Source of the DNA: a virus
Lineage: Duplodnaviria; Heunggongvirae; Uroviricota; Caudoviricetes
IMG/VR virus record: IMGVR_UViG_2671181111_000009
DNA length: 7,997 bases
Reading direction: 5' to 3' (one strand)
The notes under the pieces were generated by a model. The model did no database searches, was not told the DNA's origin, and saw nothing but the letters and a program-made list of their open reading frames with translations. The translations under genes were made by a program, and so were the position numbers. Shown here piece after piece: positions 5,400 through 7,997 of this stretch (positions within the stretch are counted from its first letter, which is position 1; every line of letters starts with the position of its first letter).

Positions 5400-7580
5400 T
5401 TACATCTGATGGTTTTTATTGAAGTTAATCAAACTACCCGCCTTGATAATCTCGCGCTCTTCAGCCGTCAGGCTTTCCATGTAAAGCGTAATTTCCGTTA
5501 CCGGCGCATCTTCATGGATCACATAACCTTTAAACGTCGTACCCGGATTATCCAGCGCCGCTTTAATGCCAGGGATGTAAATGTAATCCCCCACTTCAAA
5601 GGTTGGCACTTCCGCCATCTGCAGCGGTAACATCCCCCAGTTGATGACGTTAGAACGGTAGCGTTTAGTCGCGTACTCCTCGGCAATATTCGCCAGACCG
5701 CCAATCACACGCTGGCAGCTCGCCGCCTGTTCACGCGCAGAACCATCGCCTGGTTTCACCGCATAGACCATGCTGCCAATTTCAGTTTGCAGCGGATCAA
5801 TATGCTCCTGACCAGCAATCTGCTTAATGCGCGCAAACACCTCTGTCAGCTCGCTGACATTCCCCGCCAGACCAATCGGATTTGAACGATAAGAAGAGGT
5901 TTCACCGGAAGGAATCAGTTCGTCGGTGGTGGTGACTTCGTCGAGGATCTTCGAGCACACTTTCAGGACGATATTGTCAGTCAGCGCACCCAATTCCGGC
6001 CAGTCTTTAATGTTCGGTCCGTAAATCAGCGGTTGCTGAGTTGCCCCTTTCACAAAGCCCTGATAAACACGGTTTTTATACGGCGTTACATCGAAGGCGT
6101 ACTCCGGCACGTTGTCCCAGCAATCAAGTTCGCTGGCAGAGGTTAAATAGCCACCGTTTGCCGCAGTCGCAGCGATAGAACGAGCGTCCATCAGCGCCAC
6201 CGCTGACATCTGCCCATTGGCTGGCTTAGAGCCTTCGCGGTTCGGGAAGTTACGCGTGGTGTGGCGAATACTCAAACCGTTGTTGATTGGCGTATCGCCC
6301 GCGCCAAAGCATGGGCCACAGAATGCGGTTCTGATGATTGCGCCTGCGCCAATCAAATCTGCTACCACACCTTTTTTGGCTAGATCCATAAACACCGGCT
6401 GTGATGACGGGTAAACCGCCAGCGAGAAGGTGTCATTGCCACAGGATTGACCGCGCAGTGCATTCGCCGCCGCGATGACGTTTTCGTAGTTACCGCCAGA
6501 ACAGCCCGCGATAATCCCCTGCTGCACTTTCAGGCGACCATTTTCCACTTTATCCAGCAGCGAGAGTTTGGCTTTACCGTGCGCCACGCGTTCGGACTCA
6601 ATTTCAATCTCACGCAGAATGTCGGTCAGGTTCTGGTTCAGTGTGTCGATTTCATACACGTTGCTCGGGTGGAACGGCAGCGCAATCATTGGTTTGATGG
6701 CGCTTAAATCAACGCTGATGCAGCCATCGTAGTACGCCATCGGTTGAGGGTTAAGCTGGCAGTAATCCTGGCCGCGACCGTGCAGCGCCAGCCAGTTATG
6801 CACTTCTTCATCAGTTTGCCAGACGGAGCTTAAACAGGTGGTTTCCGTGGTCATCACGTCAACGCTGTTACGGAAATCGGTAGAGAGCGCGCTAACGCCC
6901 GGTCCAACGAACTCCATGACTTTGTTTTTGACGTAACCGTTTTTGAACACCGCGCCAATGATAGCCAGCGCCACATCCTGTGGCCCCACATACGGCGCAG
7001 GTTTTCCGGTCAGATGCACCGCAACCACGCCCGGATAGTCGATATCCCAGGTGTCATTAAGCAGCTGTTTTACCAACTCACCGCCACCCTCACCGACTGC
7101 CATTGTCCCTAATGCACCGTAACGGGTGTGGCTGTCTGACCCGAGGATCATTTTGCCCCCGCCAGCCATCATCTCACGCATATATTGATGGATGACCGCA
7201 ATATGCGGAGGCACAAAAATACCGCCATAACGCTGAGCTGCCGATAAACCAAAAACATGGTCATCACCGTTAATGGTGCCGCCGACGGCGCAGAGTGAGT
7301 TATGGCAGTTGGTCAGCACATACGGCAGCGGGAAACGTTCCATTCCGGACGCTTTAGCGGTCTGTACAATACCAACAAAGGTAATATCGTGAGAGGCTAA
7401 TGAATCAAACTTAATTTTAAGTTTATCCATATTTCCGGACGTATTATGAGAAGAGAGAATAGACCAGGCAATAGTGCCTTTTTTTGCTTCTTCTTTTTTA
7501 ATTTCGCCGGTGAAATGTTCTTCGGCAATTATTTCGTTATTACTGGCGAGAAACACGCCTTTTTCAGATAACTTGATCAT
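5400..7580 (-). CDS. ybhJ: Aconitase-family protein YbhJ (ATG at 7580 with GGAG SD preferred; alternative GTG at 7604)
   Basis: Long ORF with aconitase-like motifs (GSDSHT, CGPCFG-like); ATG (rc of 7578-7580) has GGAG 6 nt upstream, whereas the longer GTG start at 7604 lies inside a palindrome. Confidence 0.9.
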   Translation of the reverse strand: MIKLSEKGVFLASNNEIIAEEHFTGEIKKEEAKKGTIAWSILSSHNTSGNMDKLKIKFDSLASHDITFVGIVQTAKASGMERFPLPYVLTNCHNSLCAVGGTINGDDHVFGLSAAQRYGGIFVPPHIAVIHQYMREMMAGGGKMILGSDSHTRYGALGTMAVGEGGGELVKQLLNDTWDIDYPGVVAVHLTGKPAPYVGPQDVALAIIGAVFKNGYVKNKVMEFVGPGVSALSTDFRNSVDVMTTETTCLSSVWQTDEEVHNWLALHGRGQDYCQLNPQPMAYYDGCISVDLSAIKPMIALPFHPSNVYEIDTLNQNLTDILREIEIESERVAHGKAKLSLLDKVENGRLKVQQGIIAGCSGGNYENVIAAANALRGQSCGNDTFSLAVYPSSQPVFMDLAKKGVVADLIGAGAIIRTAFCGPCFGAGDTPINNGLSIRHTTRNFPNREGSKPANGQMSAVALMDARSIAATAANGGYLTSASELDCWDNVPEYAFDVTPYKNRVYQGFVKGATQQPLIYGPNIKDWPELGALTDNIVLKVCSKILDEVTTTDELIPSGETSSYRSNPIGLAGNVSELTEVFARIKQIAGQEHIDPLQTEIGSMVYAVKPGDGSAREQAASCQRVIGGLANIAEEYATKRYRSNVINWGMLPLQMAEVPTFEVGDYIYIPGIKAALDNPGTTFKGYVIHEDAPVTEITLYMESLTAEEREIIKAGSLINFNKNHQM

Positions 7581-7633
7581 CAAATGCTCCAGATATCTGC
7601 GCACCGTGAAGTGCGCAGAAAGATAATAAATGG

Positions 7634-7762
7634 ATATACTCTAAATAATTCGAGTTGCAGGAAGGCGACAAGTGAGTGAATCCCCAGGAGCTTACATAAG
7701 TAAGTGACTGGGGTGAGCGAACGCAGACGCAGCACATGCAACTTGAAGTATGACGAGTATAT
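7634..7762. repeat. ERIC (enterobacterial repetitive intergenic consensus / IRU) element
   Basis: Contains GTGAATCCCCAGGAGCTTACAT and AAGTAAGTGACTGGGGTGAGCG, exact matches to the ERIC1R (reverse complement) and ERIC2 primer sequences, with the characteristic central inverted repeat. Confidence 0.85.
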
Positions 7763-7931
7763 TTACAGCATGTTCCAGCCGATCAGCATATTCCACCACC
7801 ACACGCCGAGGGTGATATGCACCAAGAAGGTTAATATCGTCAGTACCGCACCGACCAACCACCAGGATTTAATATCGTTGTAACCCACGCCAAAGATGAC
7901 CGGACCTGCCGCGCCGCCATAGTGAGTAACC
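7763..7931 (-). pseudogene. ybhI: 3'-terminal fragment (about 55 codons) of a ybhI-like DASS-family anion transporter gene, separated from the rest of the gene by IS1
   Basis: Hydrophobic C-terminal peptide ...THYGGAAGPVIFGVGYNDIKSWWLVGAVLTILTFLVHITLGVWWWNMLIGWNML; reading frame runs directly into the IS1 inverted repeat and hits a stop inside IS1; K-12 synteny places ybhI upstream of ybhJ. Confidence 0.6.
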
Positions 7932-7997
7932 GGTAATGACTCCAACTTACTGATAGTGTTTTATGTTCAGATAATGCCCGATGACCTTGTCATGCAG
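7932..7997 (-). mobile_element. IS1 element, right end (IRR) only; continues beyond window end
   Basis: Minus strand reads CTGCATGACAAGGTCATCGGGCATTATCTGAACATAAAACACTATCAGTAAGTTGGAGTCATTACC, matching the IS1 right end including the 23-bp terminal inverted repeat (two differences from the isoform I recall). Confidence 0.88.
7947..7997 (-). CDS. insB: IS1 transposase InsB, C-terminal 16 codons (partial at window edge)
   Basis: Minus-strand frame translates ...LHDKVIGHYLNIKHYQ followed by a stop, matching the InsB C-terminus as I recall it. Confidence 0.6.
   Translation of the reverse strand: MHDKVIGHYLNIKHYQ

Noticed and set aside
7581-7604. Longer ybhJ start (GTG at 7604, 734 aa) given in the ORF track
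   Set aside because: The ATG at 7580 has a properly spaced GGAG SD, whereas the GTG at 7604 lies inside the 8-bp palindrome and has no SD.
7763-7945. 60-aa ORF as an intact small membrane protein gene
   Set aside because: Its first five codons are encoded by the IS1 terminal inverted repeat and the rest is the 3' end of a ybhI-like transporter gene; it is an insertion-generated chimera, not a gene.

Overview
The window covers the int-proximal (left) end of a lambda-like prophage and its junction with the E. coli chromosome at the classical att-lambda site, shown in reverse orientation so that the phage early-left genes read on the + strand. From 1 to about 3929 the order is: an Ea22-like coiled-coil ORF, a 27-codon hydrophobic mini-ORF, a DUF551-like ORF, an ORF6N/KilAC-type antirepressor-like ORF, a 320-bp structured intergenic region, an AntA-domain protein, a strong intrinsic terminator, then xis and int of the lambda type ending in attL (core GCTTTTTTATACTAA at 3915-3929 on the - strand). 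Host DNA follows: ybhC (pectinesterase-like lipoprotein), a REP/BIME cluster, convergent ybhJ (aconitase-family), an ERIC element, and the 3' remnant of a ybhI-like transporter gene cut off by the end of an IS1 element that runs off the window. No rRNA, tRNA or CRISPR array is visible. The most interesting parts are the non-lambda accessory module upstream of xis (structured intergenic region, AntA-domain gene, translationally coupled mini-ORF, start-less overlapping ORF junction) and the IS1 insertion. All homology statements rest on recognition of the translated sequences and on recalled phage lambda and IS1 sequence, not on database searches.
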